A stretch of DNA of 64,000 nucleotides from Acanthaster planci (taxonomy: Eukaryota). The position numbers and the translations under genes are program-made. The notes under the pieces are model-generated. The model was not told where the DNA came from, did not search any database, and was given only the letters and a program-made list of their open reading frames with translations. The stretch is from positions 2,710,646-2,774,645 of the forward strand of contig NW_019091355.1 in the NCBI RefSeq assembly GCF_001949145.1, written 5' to 3'. Numbering within the stretch: the stretch's first letter is position 1; each line of letters starts with the position of its first letter. Below are positions 25,401 through 39,016 of this stretch, piece after piece.

Positions 25401-28400
25401 TTAGTGGGAACAATCTCTTGTCGGATCTTCTGTCTTTACACTGCTCCTTCGAGAACATTCAAGATGCTCGGGTAAGAACTACACGTACCTACGGGAAGCC
25501 AGTAATGTAGTGTTAAGTCAGTCAAAGTAATGTCAACAAATCACTGTGAATTTGCTCGTTGAATTTTGGTTGCATTCTGTTGCGTGGTGTTTTCATGGCA
25601 GAGCATTCACGGCAAAAACTGTTCTCACGGTAGCGTACAGTAATCCACCCCGAGCTGAGTTGCACCCACAATTTGGAGAAAGAAAGACAGGTGGTTACAA
25701 GCGGATTCTTGCACGCATTCTGGGTGTACGCAAAGACCATACATTAAGGAATAAACCCGTTATTGATCTCCATTATAAACATGCACCTATGCCGTGAGTA
25801 CCAAAAAAAGCAAGCCCTCTTTTGTTTCGCTCAGAATAGATACTCTTTGAAATTCACTCATGAGATTTTTCACCAGTGGTGTCTTGCTGCTTGGATTTTG
25901 ATATCTGTGAATGTGCAGCATCAAAAAATGTTATGGAGTAGTACCCTGTCAAGTGACTTTTCAAAAGTTTGTGTATTGCTGACACCGTCATTGAGATAGG
26001 ATCACATCTTCCGCACATCTTGACAGGATAAGTACCTCGTCAATCTGACCAATGGGATTCTGGCTGCGGAAGATCACTTTGGAATCTCAAAGACACTACT
26101 TGGGTAAGTCTAGGCTCTCACCTTAAATGCACATGCAGGGGTAACTGACTCTCTATAGACAAAAAATCCGAGGAAAAGCCATTCCTGACGGGCCATCATA
26201 CTCGTGTACGGGTTTTAACTTTTTCAAGACTTGCATTATAGCAAGTCACGACACTCTGTTGGTCTGACAGAAATATATAACACACTGGTATCACCTGCGC
26301 GCGAACAGGGTGGCCTCACAGTAATGGCTTCTAATTCTGGTAGCTAGATTACTATGTAGGAGAAACGTCAAGTTTTACTCTGAAGGAAATGAAACAAGCC
26401 TGGAATGGATTTCACATATGTTATAGTAACTTAAGGTACTTGCAAGGACCTGGTAGCCTGGTATTTTGTATATGTTGAACTATACGTCAAAATGTTTTGT
26501 GTTAAGGTGAGTTTTTTTTTTTTAATTATCCATCAAAACCTTGATAAATGGCTAACCTTACTGACACATTTTGGTTAGACCAGGTGACATTGGAAAACTG
26601 ATTGTAGGATTTGATGTTTTGCCTGCAGACCGGCGGATGTAGTCAACGGAACGGCAGATGAGCATTCCTTGATGATTTACATTTCCTTGCTCAAGAGAAA
26701 GGTCAGTTTCCTTCTTCAGCATTTGGTTTTTTAGGTCTTGCGCCCATGAGGTGGCCAACAAAAATATACTGCTTAGTATAGCAATTTAAGCAAAACACAA
26801 ACAGACGCTCAGACTTGTGATGTGTGATTGCCTAGGAAATGTGATTGTGATTGGCAGTGTCGTCAAGACCTGTGACCTGTCTTGTGTCTGGTCTTGTGAC
26901 TGATCTTGTGCCATGTCTTGTGTCTGGTCTTGTGACTGATCTTGTGACCGGTCTTGTGACTGATCTTGTGCCATGTCTTGTGTCTGGTCTTGTGACTGAT
27001 CTTGTGTCTTGTCTTGTGACTGATCTTGTGACCGGTCTTGTGACTGATCTTGTGTCTGGTCTTGTGACTGATCTTGTGTCTGGTCTTGTGACTGATCTTG
27101 TGACTGATCTTATGCCATGTCTTGTGTCTGGTCTTGTGACTGATCTTGTGACTGGTCGCGCGACAAGATCTCATTACTGGTTTTGTGGCTGGTCTTGTGA
27201 GCGGTCTTGTAACCTTTCTCGTGACTGGTCTTGTGACTGGTAGTTTGGTCTTGTGAAGTTGTGAGGCTCTCCACTATATCACTGGTGATAACCAGATCTA
27301 CATGTACGCACATGTGAGTGCCATAGAATTTCTCTCATTAGGGAAGTTGTACCTAATCCCCAATGAAGGCATCGTTGGAAGGCCTCTTTTACAGACTGTG
27401 TCCTGGAAAACTACCGGAGGCACTCTCTGGTCAGAAATACATCCTCTAATAGTGATTCTAGGTTTTTGTTTTCTTTTAGGTGTCTTTGCTTGTTTCCAGC
27501 TCGCTGTCTTCAGATGAAGATGAATTCATCAAAATATCACCCCATAAGCCGGTGAGTTCAGTAAAGAATTATCTCTAAAATTGCATCCCTAAATGCGCGA
27601 GTGTTAGACACAGATGCAGTTTTTGTATAGCTGTGTATTTTGCAATGTGTTATTTTCTTTTCATTGCCATGTGGTTTAATCAGTCCCCGCTGTCGAATTC
27701 ACTGGGTTCAAAGTTCACAAAATTGTTGAGGACTAAAAGAGAGTTTCAGCTCATGCTTCACCCGGCTAATTTAGGAAAGTTGTTCATCAAGCAGCTCTGT
27801 ATACATACATGTAATCTCAATTCATGTAATGTAGCTGGCGTCTCTGCCGAGGTTCAAATAGTGCGCTTTGGTTTGACTTGAGTTCGCACCAACCTCGTTA
27901 GAGATTCTTAGGCTGGAAAGGTCGGGAATATAATGGTACCCAAATAGCGAGAACATCCTGAGGTTGAAGAGGGCTGGCCTCAATTAGTAGTGAAAAGACG
28001 TTTTTCTTTAAACAGGTTTATACAAATAACGTCTCTTAAATAAACACACAAAAATTTATCAGCATTGTTAGAGTGAGAAAGATATTTACTAGAGCATAAG
28101 AAATTGAATTCTGGGGCGTTCCAACTGTACCACGTTCATCAAGAAATTCTCTGGAGATTGATAGGCCTTTCTCTCCAACCAGCCATCTACTTTCATGCAG
28201 AAATTTGTTTTTCATCATTTAACAGAGCAAGGTTTGAGATCATCTAAACTCGACTTAACCAAGATTTGAGACAGTGTTTTCTAATGACCGTTTGTGTGTA
28301 TCCTGATGATATTTGACAAGTTACTCAAAGTGAAGCTTACTAATCCAAGCAATTAACAACTGATACTCGTAACTGTCATTCTTAAACCCAATAAGCCCAC

Positions 28401-31400
28401 CATTAAATTACCCCAAGCTGTGTGCAAGCAAACCAGCAATTTTCAGCATCACAGGTGCATTCAATAACATATGACTTTGGTCCCTTGGGAGAACGTAGTG
28501 CAAGGTTTTGGATGTGACGAACCATACTTGAAAGTACTATCTTCTGGTAGCCAGAACATGGTTGATTATGCAACTACAGAGTAAATCCCTGCAATCTGAT
28601 TGGTGGATCATTAATCATGTGTCAGAACAAAAAATGAAATTGGATGTATCATTGTTCAGCCACTTTGTATGTCAGATGAAGTAGTAGACAGTTCAAGTAT
28701 GTAGGTCAGGGATTTGTTCAGGACTTATTCGCCTCTGTATCAAAACAAGTAACAGCACGGGCCCCCTCTACCTCGCTTTGTGTCGTATTTTTATTAACAG
28801 TTTAATTTCACTGCGCCACTCACCTTTACAGATAGCACGTGCACTCACCCAAACTCGCACCTTTAGGTTTACGAGAAAAAAATTGCTGCCACGGAAACAA
28901 AGAATGGGCAGTACCAAGAAGCGTAACAGGATCGACCGGGTGGCGTCGTGTCCGTTTTGTGTTGAGCCCTGGACAAGGGTGTCACAGGGCGTGGTTCTCG
29001 AGGTGTGTACTCATATTTGCCTTTTGCAGCCATCTTGAAGATGCTGAACGAGACCATCTCTCCTCCTCCCCTCTGTTTAACCCCCCAGATGATGCGGTGG
29101 AGGCAGCATAATGCGCATCATTTTGTCTTCCTAGGTGCAGTGTCTTCGGCATGTCTAACCGTAACACCTTACTGTAGTGCATGTAACTTTCTGTCCATCA
29201 GCAGTAAACATAAACATTTGCATGTGACAAGGATTTCTGTCTGACAAAATGGTACCCTAACTAAGCATTGACCTAGTGTGACCTTGAGAATGACCCTGAT
29301 TACGTGTACCTTCATTTTCATTCTTAGATGACCAATTAAGGGCCTGTTTGTTTCACATGGACCTGGATCGCGATCAGTGATCCCCAAGCTGGTTGTCACA
29401 TTTTGTCAAAAGGCCAACATAGACGACATGACGAGTTACGTGATGTTGACTTAGTCGGAGTTTACTGTAGTACTTTTGTTACTTTTGACTCGGTTACTTC
29501 GGTCTGGTCTTTTGATGGTCTCAACAACAACTGTGGCAAGTTCATTCAAGGACTGCTAGTTAATTAGTGGTTGATTCATGATGTACCTAGCGCATGTGCA
29601 GTGAAGTTGAAGTGCTAACGACTCTAGTCGACCGTTGTCAGGTCGCTGGGCCGAAGGGGAGAAAAGGAGGCTGAAGGAAGGGCAAAATGGCAAAAGATTA
29701 AAAAGAAAATGGTCGCTTACTTGTGACATACTGTTTTTCCGGCATTTTTCTTAAAACTGGTCCTCTCTGCACTGTGCTATTAAACATGGTTTATGGCAAC
29801 CAATGACGCGGCCAACCTCGGTAGGCTGGTTGCAAATAGTTGACCAGACTAGTACAACCGTTATCGACTAATGTGCGTTCGATCAGAGATAGTCTAACTG
29901 TGGTTAACTATGGTTCTTGATTGGACTGTCCCTGTGGTACAACAGGCACAGAAATCTAAAGTTTCTAACGCAACATACAGTACATGCACTCTTACCAGTT
30001 TTCAGGCTGTGGAACCATGCAGCCATGTCTGAACCAACTGGCTTGGGCTTAAATTAACATGTGTCTATGAGAAGCGGCTACAGCCTCCAAACCAGAGGCT
30101 TCCATAGTGCCATGTGTTGTTTTCTGCCAGAGCCACTGCTTTTCTACACCATCTGGTTTGGACTTCCAACTGGTAGCCTGTCTGCTGTTGGTCTCCATGC
30201 ATGTTTGACACATAGTTTCTCTATTGTGTGTAGAAACTAGAAAAGCTGGTAGACTACTTATTAAAGGAGGCTAGAAAATATATCGAGATTTTTCTCTCAC
30301 ACTTGTAAATGATACGCTTCCACCAATTTCATCTGTGTGAAATGACTAATAAAAAGGGTAAAGGCTCTTTCTTCAAAACCATGATATTCTTACGTTAACC
30401 CATTTGGTTACCTTGGTAGTTAATTTTCATTGTTCATGTACTGGTAGGTTATTTGATACTAGCATATCACCACATTGCTAACATTCTGTTGTTTTATTTC
30501 TGTCCTAATCATACCAATTTGGTACTTTTTTCGAAAATAGAACCAGTTTTGTTTCATGTTTATGTAATTGTTTAGTATTCATAGCAACAGAGTAATACAG
30601 GGAAAAAAGGAAGTCAGGTTTTCTCTTCTGATCTTCATTTAAAGTTGTTTACTATGTAAAATTTCATATCACTGTTTGTCTTTAGTATCCATTATTTGCC
30701 TTTTTATGTTTCAAAATCTGACAATTTTTCCTTCCTTCACTTCTGTGCTTTTTTACAGAAAGTGATAATTTTTTTACTCGAAATATCTGAAAGTGGTTGA
30801 ACTAATTCAATTAATTCCTTTTTTCCATCTAACCAGTCTCCTAGTACCAGTGTCCTGTCTGCAGCCAATTCAGTCTACAGTGGACGCTCCTCGTTAACCA
30901 ACTTGTCTCATCACTCTACGCCCCAACCTCCACACCATCGTTACAGCCTAGATTATTCCACCTTCAGCAACAGAACGCCATCATTCGACACTTCACTGAC
31001 TCGTGGAACCAACCAAGATGTCACACCTGAGAAAAGTGACTCTGGCATCTCAATGACAGCGGATCCACCAGCGAGTCTTCCCAGCGGCCCGTCTTCAAGG
31101 CTAAAAGAGTTGAGAGATCACACACCGGATTCTCAAAAAATGGCTGGTGCTGCATATGGGGCTACTCTGGACAGAACGGACCAGTCAAAGCAGATCAGAG
31201 GCATTTCTAGAATCACAGCAGCTACATCTTTGCGAAGGCACAGAGCAATGTATGTTGAGAGGCAGCATGAGCATCTTGCCTCGCATGAGAGAGACTCGCA
31301 AGTCAGGGAGAAGGTAGGCAGTGTTCATCGTTCGGCATCCTCAGGGCTTCTTTTCCAGAATGCATCGAGATGTGAAGAGCAGAGAAAGGAGGATGTGATC

Positions 31401-34400
31401 TCCAAAGGGAGTAGACAGGCCGTTACAGAGGAGAGCAGTGGATCTAACAATGAGACTAAAATGAAGGAAGGTCCAAACGATGGCAGCAGAAATCCGTTGA
31501 AGAGAGGTAAGTTGTGACCAGTACTTACTGAGAAGGATTTAAATGCTGAAATGGATTTGGATTTGGTTTGAACATAGGGAAAATGATGTAAGGACCCCTC
31601 TGCCAGGTTACCTTTGACAAGATTACATGTGCTTCTTTATTTCAGGAGATGAGCTCGTGCAAACTCCAGATGATGAACTTCTTAATTTGTTGGATACAAT
31701 CGGTGAGGAGAGCCAGCATCTCCGTCTTGAGCTGACTGAGACTCAACTGAGAGAAGCCATCTTGAAAACGCAGCTTGAAGAAGGATTAGTGGGTAGCACT
31801 AAAGAGGAGAGAGTCATCTCCAAACTTGTCCAGGAACTTGAGATGCTTAGGGAAGAAAACAGGAGGCTGTTTCGGGAGTCAGCAAATGCCAAAAACGGCA
31901 ATGCAGTTGACAGGAAGACAATGGAGAAACTGAATGCTACCATCAGAAAACTGCAAATGGAAGTTGAGCATCAGAGTTCAGAGAATTTCAACTTGAGGAT
32001 GAAATCAAAGGTCGGGAGTGATCTCAGCTCCTTGGATACGAGACCAGAGAGCGACATTTTCAGTCTGGAGTCCGGAGCAAAAGAGAAAGTGGACAAGGTT
32101 AGCCAGTCTGATTATTCCTCAGAACTTAAGGAAACACCTGAACTGTGTGACCTCAAGCGAGACCTTGCCAGAGCAGAGAGCCAAAAGGAGTTCCTTCAGG
32201 CAAGACTAAAGGAAATGGAGGAAAAAATGGTGCAAAAGCTGGACCAGACTACCGACGATTTGAAAGTGTCCAGGCTGGAAAACCTCCGACTGGAGAAAGA
32301 GTGCAAGCTTCTCCGCATGAGCAGTGAGACCAGCCGCTTGGAGGTGGAGACGGTGGTGGGAAGATGCAGGCGTCTGGAGGAGTATTTATCACAAGCTCAG
32401 AAGCGAAATGCTAGATTAACCCAGCAACTTGAGGAGGACGCCTTGGAAGTATCATCGCAGGGCAGATACAACCAGAGCCTTGCCTCCGTCGCCAAGCTTA
32501 AAGAAGAAAATGCCCTCATGAGAGAAAAGGTCGAGTTAGCTGAAGAAGAGAGGGAGCTTTTGAAGAAGGAGCTTGCTCATTACCGTCAGAACAAAACGAC
32601 CCTGGACGAGGTCTTGAGAGCCTGGGACATTCAGACGAGCAGCAAGTTCCAGTCATTCCTAGATGATTTCAGACTTCGCATCAGTGAGCAAAGGGAACAT
32701 CAAGAGGCAAAGATTGCAAAGGACCTGGCAAGGAAAGGACAGAGTGTGGAAAACAATGGAAAAGAATTTGTGCGCACCGAGACTCAAGTCGGTAATGATG
32801 TCAGTCGTTCATCAAGGTCAGTCTCGTCAGTTGAAAACAGTGAACAAGGGTCCGAGGGTCAGGAAACACTCTCTTCAGTTTCAAGGGAGTCATCACGGGA
32901 CAGTGACCTGCAAGAAACAAAGCTGTTGACAGAAGAAAACTTGGCTGCCGTAGCAAACAGACAAGCAGCTGTTGATGATAAATACTTGCAATTTAGCCCT
33001 CGAAGGTCAGACACCGAAACTGAGGTGGACTCAGAAATGGACTCACAGGCTACTGAAAATGCATTCTCTGACCTTCCAAATGAGCATATGGTGGCAGCAG
33101 GTGGGATAACTAAGACCAAGCTTTCCGACGGAATCAGGAGACCTAGCTTGGGAGACCTCATTGTTGCTAAAGCTCAGAATTCTCCAGATGATAATGACAC
33201 AAGAGGGCAAGGCACAGAGAGTTATCATTCTGAATCAATGAGTGTGGACCCAAATAACGAGAAAGCTGGAAGTGTCAGTGAAGGTGAAGGGAAGAACAGT
33301 GGTGCTACATCAACAGGTAGAGAGGCGAGTAGAGGGATGACAACGGACCTTCCAAGGAGTCATCTTTCCAGCAAGACACGATTCAGTGCAGTTAATTCTA
33401 GTTTGGAGTCCCTGAAGGGAATCACTAAAAAGGCCAAACTAAATCCTGCGAGAGAAACAACCCAAAATGGGGACAGTGAAGTAACAGTCTTACAACCGAA
33501 AAGAAGAGATGAAGACAGGTTGACTGTTCCTCTCAAAAGCCAAGATGATAAGGATACTGTTTTGAAAGCAGGTGGAGACAATGTGAAGGACTTAGAATAT
33601 GCACATACACATAGCAAAATCGCAAATGAACCCACAAATTCTGACCCCCAAAACCTCCCTGAAATACAGCCATCATTTACAATTCATGAGAGAGTTGGCC
33701 CTGTCAGAGGGCGTTTCTCAAGATGGAGAAGGATGCAGAACAGGCCTCAGCCGGACTTTGATGGATCTTACCTGGATGGCAGTAGGCTCCGCTCAGACCT
33801 TCCAAAGGGCTCTTTGGAACCAAAGCTGGACATGAGAAACAGGAGCAGCAGCTTAGGCAGTCTACTTAACTCCAGCAGTGGTTGGAAGGAATCGAGCAAA
33901 CAGTCTGTCCAGTTTGAGGGCTCCGAAACAGCAACAAATAGCTTCGAGTCAGAAGAGGAATTTGCCCGTCTTCCAGAACGACGTAACATAGCCCAAGGAG
34001 GCACTATTGGCAAAGGAAGAGTAGATGCAGGCTCAGAAAAACCACCTGAGCTTGGTAAGGGAAATTGCATGGATGAGACAAAGATCTTAGCAAATGGACA
34101 CCGAGCAGAGGGAGATGGGAGTGACGCCAAGCCACAGTTTGCATCTCCTCAGAGACTGGGGAACATGAGATCCAAATTTGGCATCAAGCTAGAGAAGGAG
34201 CTGCTCGGTTCTAGTCGAAGCTTCAGCAACAGTCTGGCCAACGAGCCGGTAGCAGCCTCATCCATAAAAGGTACTGCTGATTTGAAGCTGGCCAATGGAA
34301 ATCGACCATCAGAAATACTGCCCACCAGTCAAGTTGCATCCATAAAACCTGGCACCATGCATTCCTCAGCAGGTGACGGGGATGAACAAAGTAATTCTTC

Positions 34401-34605
34401 AGATATAATGACAAATGCTAATGAGGGCAACACAGAAACTGAGAATGACAAATCAGTCTCGGCTTCCAATTCCACCAGTCCAGATGTCTCCAAGATGTCC
34501 CCCGCCTCATACAACCGGTATTACAAGCACAAGATGATGGCTGAGAAGGACCAAGAATATGCAAATAGCATCATTGATAAATACCTGAATATTCAAATGC
34601 AGTAA
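22445..34605 (+). CDS. Uncharacterised ~1,440-aa protein: tandem calponin-homology (CH1-CH2, actinin-type actin-binding) module, Ser-rich linker, coiled coil and long low-complexity tail
   Basis: Phase-consistent GT-AG exons 23233-23331 (GILIDGLHQLRSGTIFCNLIELLTGSKL), 23976-24078 (ALDNVQVALDFLTGIGVKM), 24483-24560 (VVCGELKSILDVMWSIILH), 24833-24941 (RKLLLQWC), 25399-25471, 26027-26103 (NLTNGILAAEDHFGISKTLL), 26629-26701 (PADVVNGTADEHSLMIYISLL), 27480-27551, 30837-31506 and 31646-34605 (TAA); these total 4314 nt. The start is tentative: CACCATGG at 22445 giving MAFSSVLQ with donor CAG|GTACAT after 22468. The heptad-rich coiled-coil segment is at ~31660-32730. Confidence 0.85.
23061..23119. mobile_element. 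59-bp minimal piggyBac-like element (ends only)
   Basis: TTAA|CCCTAACACTCCTCA...TGAGGAGGGTTAGGG|TTAA. Confidence 0.65.
25643..25842. mobile_element. MITE family D, copy 2
   Basis: Similar to 10688-10909 and to the reverse complement of 36614-36848. Confidence 0.7.
26862..27255. repeat. 12-bp-period intronic minisatellite (TCTTGTGACTGA / TCTTGTGTCTGG / TCTTGTGCCATG variants)
   Basis: About 30 tandem 12-mers, degenerating at both ends, in the intron between exons 26629-26701 and 27480-27551. Confidence 0.95.
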
Positions 34606-36613
34606 TATTTACCTCTGTACCTCATATATATTCATGATCCGGCTTTTCTTCTTGCATATTTAAGCTAAAGCACAATGGCTGTGATATGCGATGAAACGGA
34701 TCTTTCTTTCTTGTGCATTGTGTTGGCATGCTAATGAACTTGCAGATAGTTGATTTGAGAATGACTCATTGAGCAGAGTCATTACAGCGAGATGCTGCAA
34801 CCCTATGAGGCACAAAATATAAACAAATGATGGAAAAGTATTTTGACAATGATCTTAATCATCAAGGAACATCTTTCATCTTAAGAGTTTTGTATTTTGG
34901 TTCGGGCTCATGTTTTTTTCAGACTCGATATTTTATGGATATACATGTACATAATACCAAGTTCATATTTCTACCTGAAGTATGCCTTTCTCTTGTAAGC
35001 GTTCAGGCACAGTGCTCCTAGCTTGGAGACGTTCCCCTCAGTATTGGACATTTGTCAAGAGTTTCTGTAACACTTGTTTTTGAAAAAATCAGTTTGTGGT
35101 CAGTTTTGAATAGCTTTATGAACAACACCTGCATCCATCCAGGCAAAGTATCCACCTGTTCACTTTCAAACCACCGACTTTGTGAAATGAAGTTAACATG
35201 TATGTTTAATGTGGCCATTACGTGTATTTAAGGTTAAAGTACCGGCATACTAGTTCAGTCACTTGTACAAAAAAAGCTAGACAGTTGGTACACATAATTA
35301 ACTAGTATGTATTGATATCTGGTACATATACATTTTTGACATGCCATTGGATGTGCACCCTGTCCGACTTTCCACCTGAATGCACACTTTGTACGGGTAC
35401 TCATTTTCCGTTTACTTATAGAAAATGCAGTGAGATTATGTTGACGTTGTCTGGCTCGTCCAGATGGCATACGTGGAAATGATGACTGGCATGTTTACTT
35501 TGAATCCAGTCAATCTAATCCTGCAGATAAATGCATGATTCCAGCTAGCTGACGCTCCTGGTTACCCAAATGCTTTGAATTGCCGGTTTGCAGTTTGCAC
35601 ACTTTTGAAGCAGAGTTCTCCAGCAAGGAGTATTTCTGTTTGATTGACCAAAATTGGACACCAAGGTTCAAACATTCCTTTTTGTTGCATTGTAGGAGCA
35701 GTTCGAGGGTCCTGATATCTGCCACAATCTTTTTTACAAATCCCATGTAAATAAAAGTAAATGTACGGACATGGCAAACAAAGGAACATTAACAAAGAAC
35801 TGTTTATTAGTTTTTGGACAAAATGCAGTTACTGAATGTCATTCCTTTTTGGTTCACATGGAGGACAAATCTTCAGTTGGGTTATAGAAAACTTTATTTT
35901 TCTACAAAGTGTGCTTTTTGTGTAAAAAAAAGAAAGAGAACAAAAAACATTTATACTTAGCTTGTGGATAATGTACTTAAGGCCTAGTTGTACTTCAAGA
36001 CTCTAGCCAAATTTAATGTTGTTACTCAAACAACGGTCTACTGTGATAAGATGCGGAATGCAAAATTGGAACAATTTTTCCTGGGGGAAAAAGGTGTAAT
36101 TGTGTTTATCTATTGGCCACTTACAAGTCTCAGAGGTAGGGATGGGGGTCGCTCTGGTAGCCAACTAGCTGTATTCTGATAGAGTTAAGTGGAGGATGAT
36201 GGGGGATTTGAAGCAGGGCATGGCCACTGTTCAAAAACCCAAGGTCACCATTTCATGACTAGCAAAGATGCCTGCCGTTCAAACCCATTCAAAATGACAA
36301 AAAATTTTACATTCTACGTTTTTCTACAGTGGTTGATTTTTGTTCATGCAGAGGTGCTGATGAGCTGCATATGTTTTTCAGACTGCACTTGTATGAACCA
36401 TGAAATATCTTCATGAACATAGATATTTTATTGAATAACATTTCTTCATTGGTCACAAATTTCAATTGTCATCACTCCTGTATGCAAAGCTCAGCTGTGC
36501 TGTGGTCTGCAACGTGCAGATCCATGTTCCACATCACAACTGGGAGTTGTGGTGCTGTACCATGGCGCAGCTTTGATGAGATTCAGGGCATTTTTTTGTA
36601 TTGAATGTGTACG

Positions 36614-36848
36614 TATCCGCTCCGAGCGGAAGAAAAGAGGGCGTGGGTTTTTTTGGTACTCACCACATAGGCGCGCCATGAGGCGTGCAAGTATTATGCA
36701 TGTTTGACACGGAGCACGCAGAGTAGGCATATCTAATTATTCCGGCATGTGTAGTCTTTGCTTACAAGCAGAATGCGTGCAAGAACCCTCCTGTAACCAC
36801 TTGTCTTTCTTTCGCCGATTGGGGGTGCACTTCAGCTCGGGGCGGGTA
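36614..36848. mobile_element. MITE family D, copy 3 (reverse orientation)
   Basis: TATCCGCTCCGAGC ... GCTCGGGGCGGGTA termini; reverse-complement homology to 10688-10909. Confidence 0.75.
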
Positions 36849-39016
36849 ATGTAAGCAACTGTATTATCAGATCGGTGATTTTTTTTTTGTTTTTTTATAT
36901 ACATTTGATTTTATTTGTTAATTGTTTTGCATTTTGCTAATTGCAATGTAAATTTGCCCCAGTATGCATGCAAGTACATTGTAAGAGCCACTGCAGACCT
37001 GAATACACGTATTTAAATGTCTGTAAGTTAGACAGTCAAAGTTGATGAATCTGAGTGTGCAAGACTGATGTACATGTATTCAGGAGAAGGTCTGATGGTT
37101 ATACATCAACTTACAAAGTACATCACGTGAGCAGGCTGAAGAAACATTTTGCCAGTGCATGTAATGCTATGATACATATATAACCAAGAGAAAATCCACA
37201 ACCAAATTTCCGGGGGGGGGGGGGGGGGGGGGGAACTTGGGGGGTTTTTTTGGGGGGGGTTTGGAAACCNGGGGGGGGTTTTTTGGGGGGGGGGTTATGT
37301 AACCATTTGGGGCATTTTAGAGGGGCGAGGTAACGTTTTTGAGCTGTTAGCACAATTTTGGAAGGATGGGGAATGAAGTAGACCCGAACTCAACTTTTAT
37401 CATCCCCCTGATGTTCCCCCTCAGCCCCCCCACCCATCCGCCCTTTGGTACAAAACCTAGTTTGATACAGAGTTGAAAACATTCCTTTACTACATGTAAC
37501 AATGATTACAAGCCATGATTGATTTTGATGTGAACGCATGTATATAAATCTCTTTTGCAAATTGCACCGCTTTAAACAATGTGTGATGTTTAATTGATAA
37601 TTACAAGACAGGAATTCCAATCAGTATTTGGTTAAAGTTGGTATCAGTGTCTGTACGTTGCATGTGTCCTCTCATTTAATTTGTACAGGTTCTGTGTTTT
37701 TTAACAAAAGGCTGAGTATTTTAGACTAGCAGGGAAACTGGACGCTGATTGCACACGATGGTGCTGCCCTATCTATTGACATTAATGTGTGCCTACCTGC
37801 GACAAACAGGACAAAGTGCGTCGACAAATTACACCTGATAAATCCTGATGGATTGCCGTGCATGCTTGTAAATGGGACATAAATTTTTAAGTGAGCTCTG
37901 CACGGTATAAAGTATGTTAGGTATTCAATTTTTTTTACTTTCATTTTGCCCCATTTTTGTGAAACCCCGTTACATATGGACTTTATACATTCACCTGCAT
38001 GATGCATTCAATTACTGTGGGCAAATAAGGCATTTTATATCCCTTCAGACTGCAGCTATAGGAAACGTTATAGCTCAATTTATTGCCCAAGTTAATTATA
38101 TGAAGAAAAGTCAATTTAAACATCCAAATTCATCAGCACTTTATGAGCCAGGAGAATTGGATTCAGGGGTTACGATTGAAATTAGTTTTAAAAGATGATG
38201 GTAGTGTATTAAACACAACTGAACAGTATTTAGTACCTTGGCCAAAATTTAATTCTCAATTTTGCCCTACTTTCCATTGTCATTTACTGAGAATTTACTA
38301 GAATTTGGAAGCTTCCTTTTTGTACCCATAAAAACATTGTCAAATTTGACGGTTTCATCGTGTGAACTTTTCACGAGGACAAATTTTGTAAAACAAATCT
38401 TTAACATGTACTTAAATTGACACTTTTTGGTGACTTTGCCTTCTGTCGAATTCTTATCGGCTATTTTTAGCTTACTGGAAAGATTGTTTCCTTCTTTGAA
38501 ATTTCGACTTCATTGTGGTTTCCTATTGGTGATCGAAAATCTTTCTTGGTTCAAATCCTGTTAGAATGACGTGATCGTCGTGCATGTGCATTTATGTATC
38601 TTCATCAGTAGTAACACTTTGATCACGTCCATTCCGAGGTGGTTAAAATGTGATGGCATTGGTGTCGTGACATCTGGAACGCTATTTATGTTGATTTTTC
38701 CTAACAAATATAAATGTAGAAGCGCATCCTTTTATTCCTAAAATGAAAATGTCATGCATGTACTGGGAAAACCCATTAATTATATGAGTCATGTAATTGT
38801 CGGTTGAGGAACAGCTACCTCAGCTTTGACATTGGGGAACTTAATTGTTGCCAAAGGTCGGGTTTTTAAATTTTTATCTGAATTGTATTGTCCTAGGAAG
38901 GTTGATTGATTTTACCATTCATCTGTTCTGAAGGTCAGATGCCTTTTTTCAGTTACGTGTACATTGGGCCCCAGGTTCACCCAGTATGATCTTTTACTCG
39001 CCTTGGTCATGATCAT

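Noticed and set aside
26786..27313. ORFs with SQDQ/HKIS/LVTD repeats
   Set aside because: By-products of a 12-bp intronic minisatellite, open in several frames on both strands, with no splice support.
37205..37300. G-rich tract as a G-quadruplex element
   Set aside because: Homopolymer runs with an embedded N indicate low-quality sequence.
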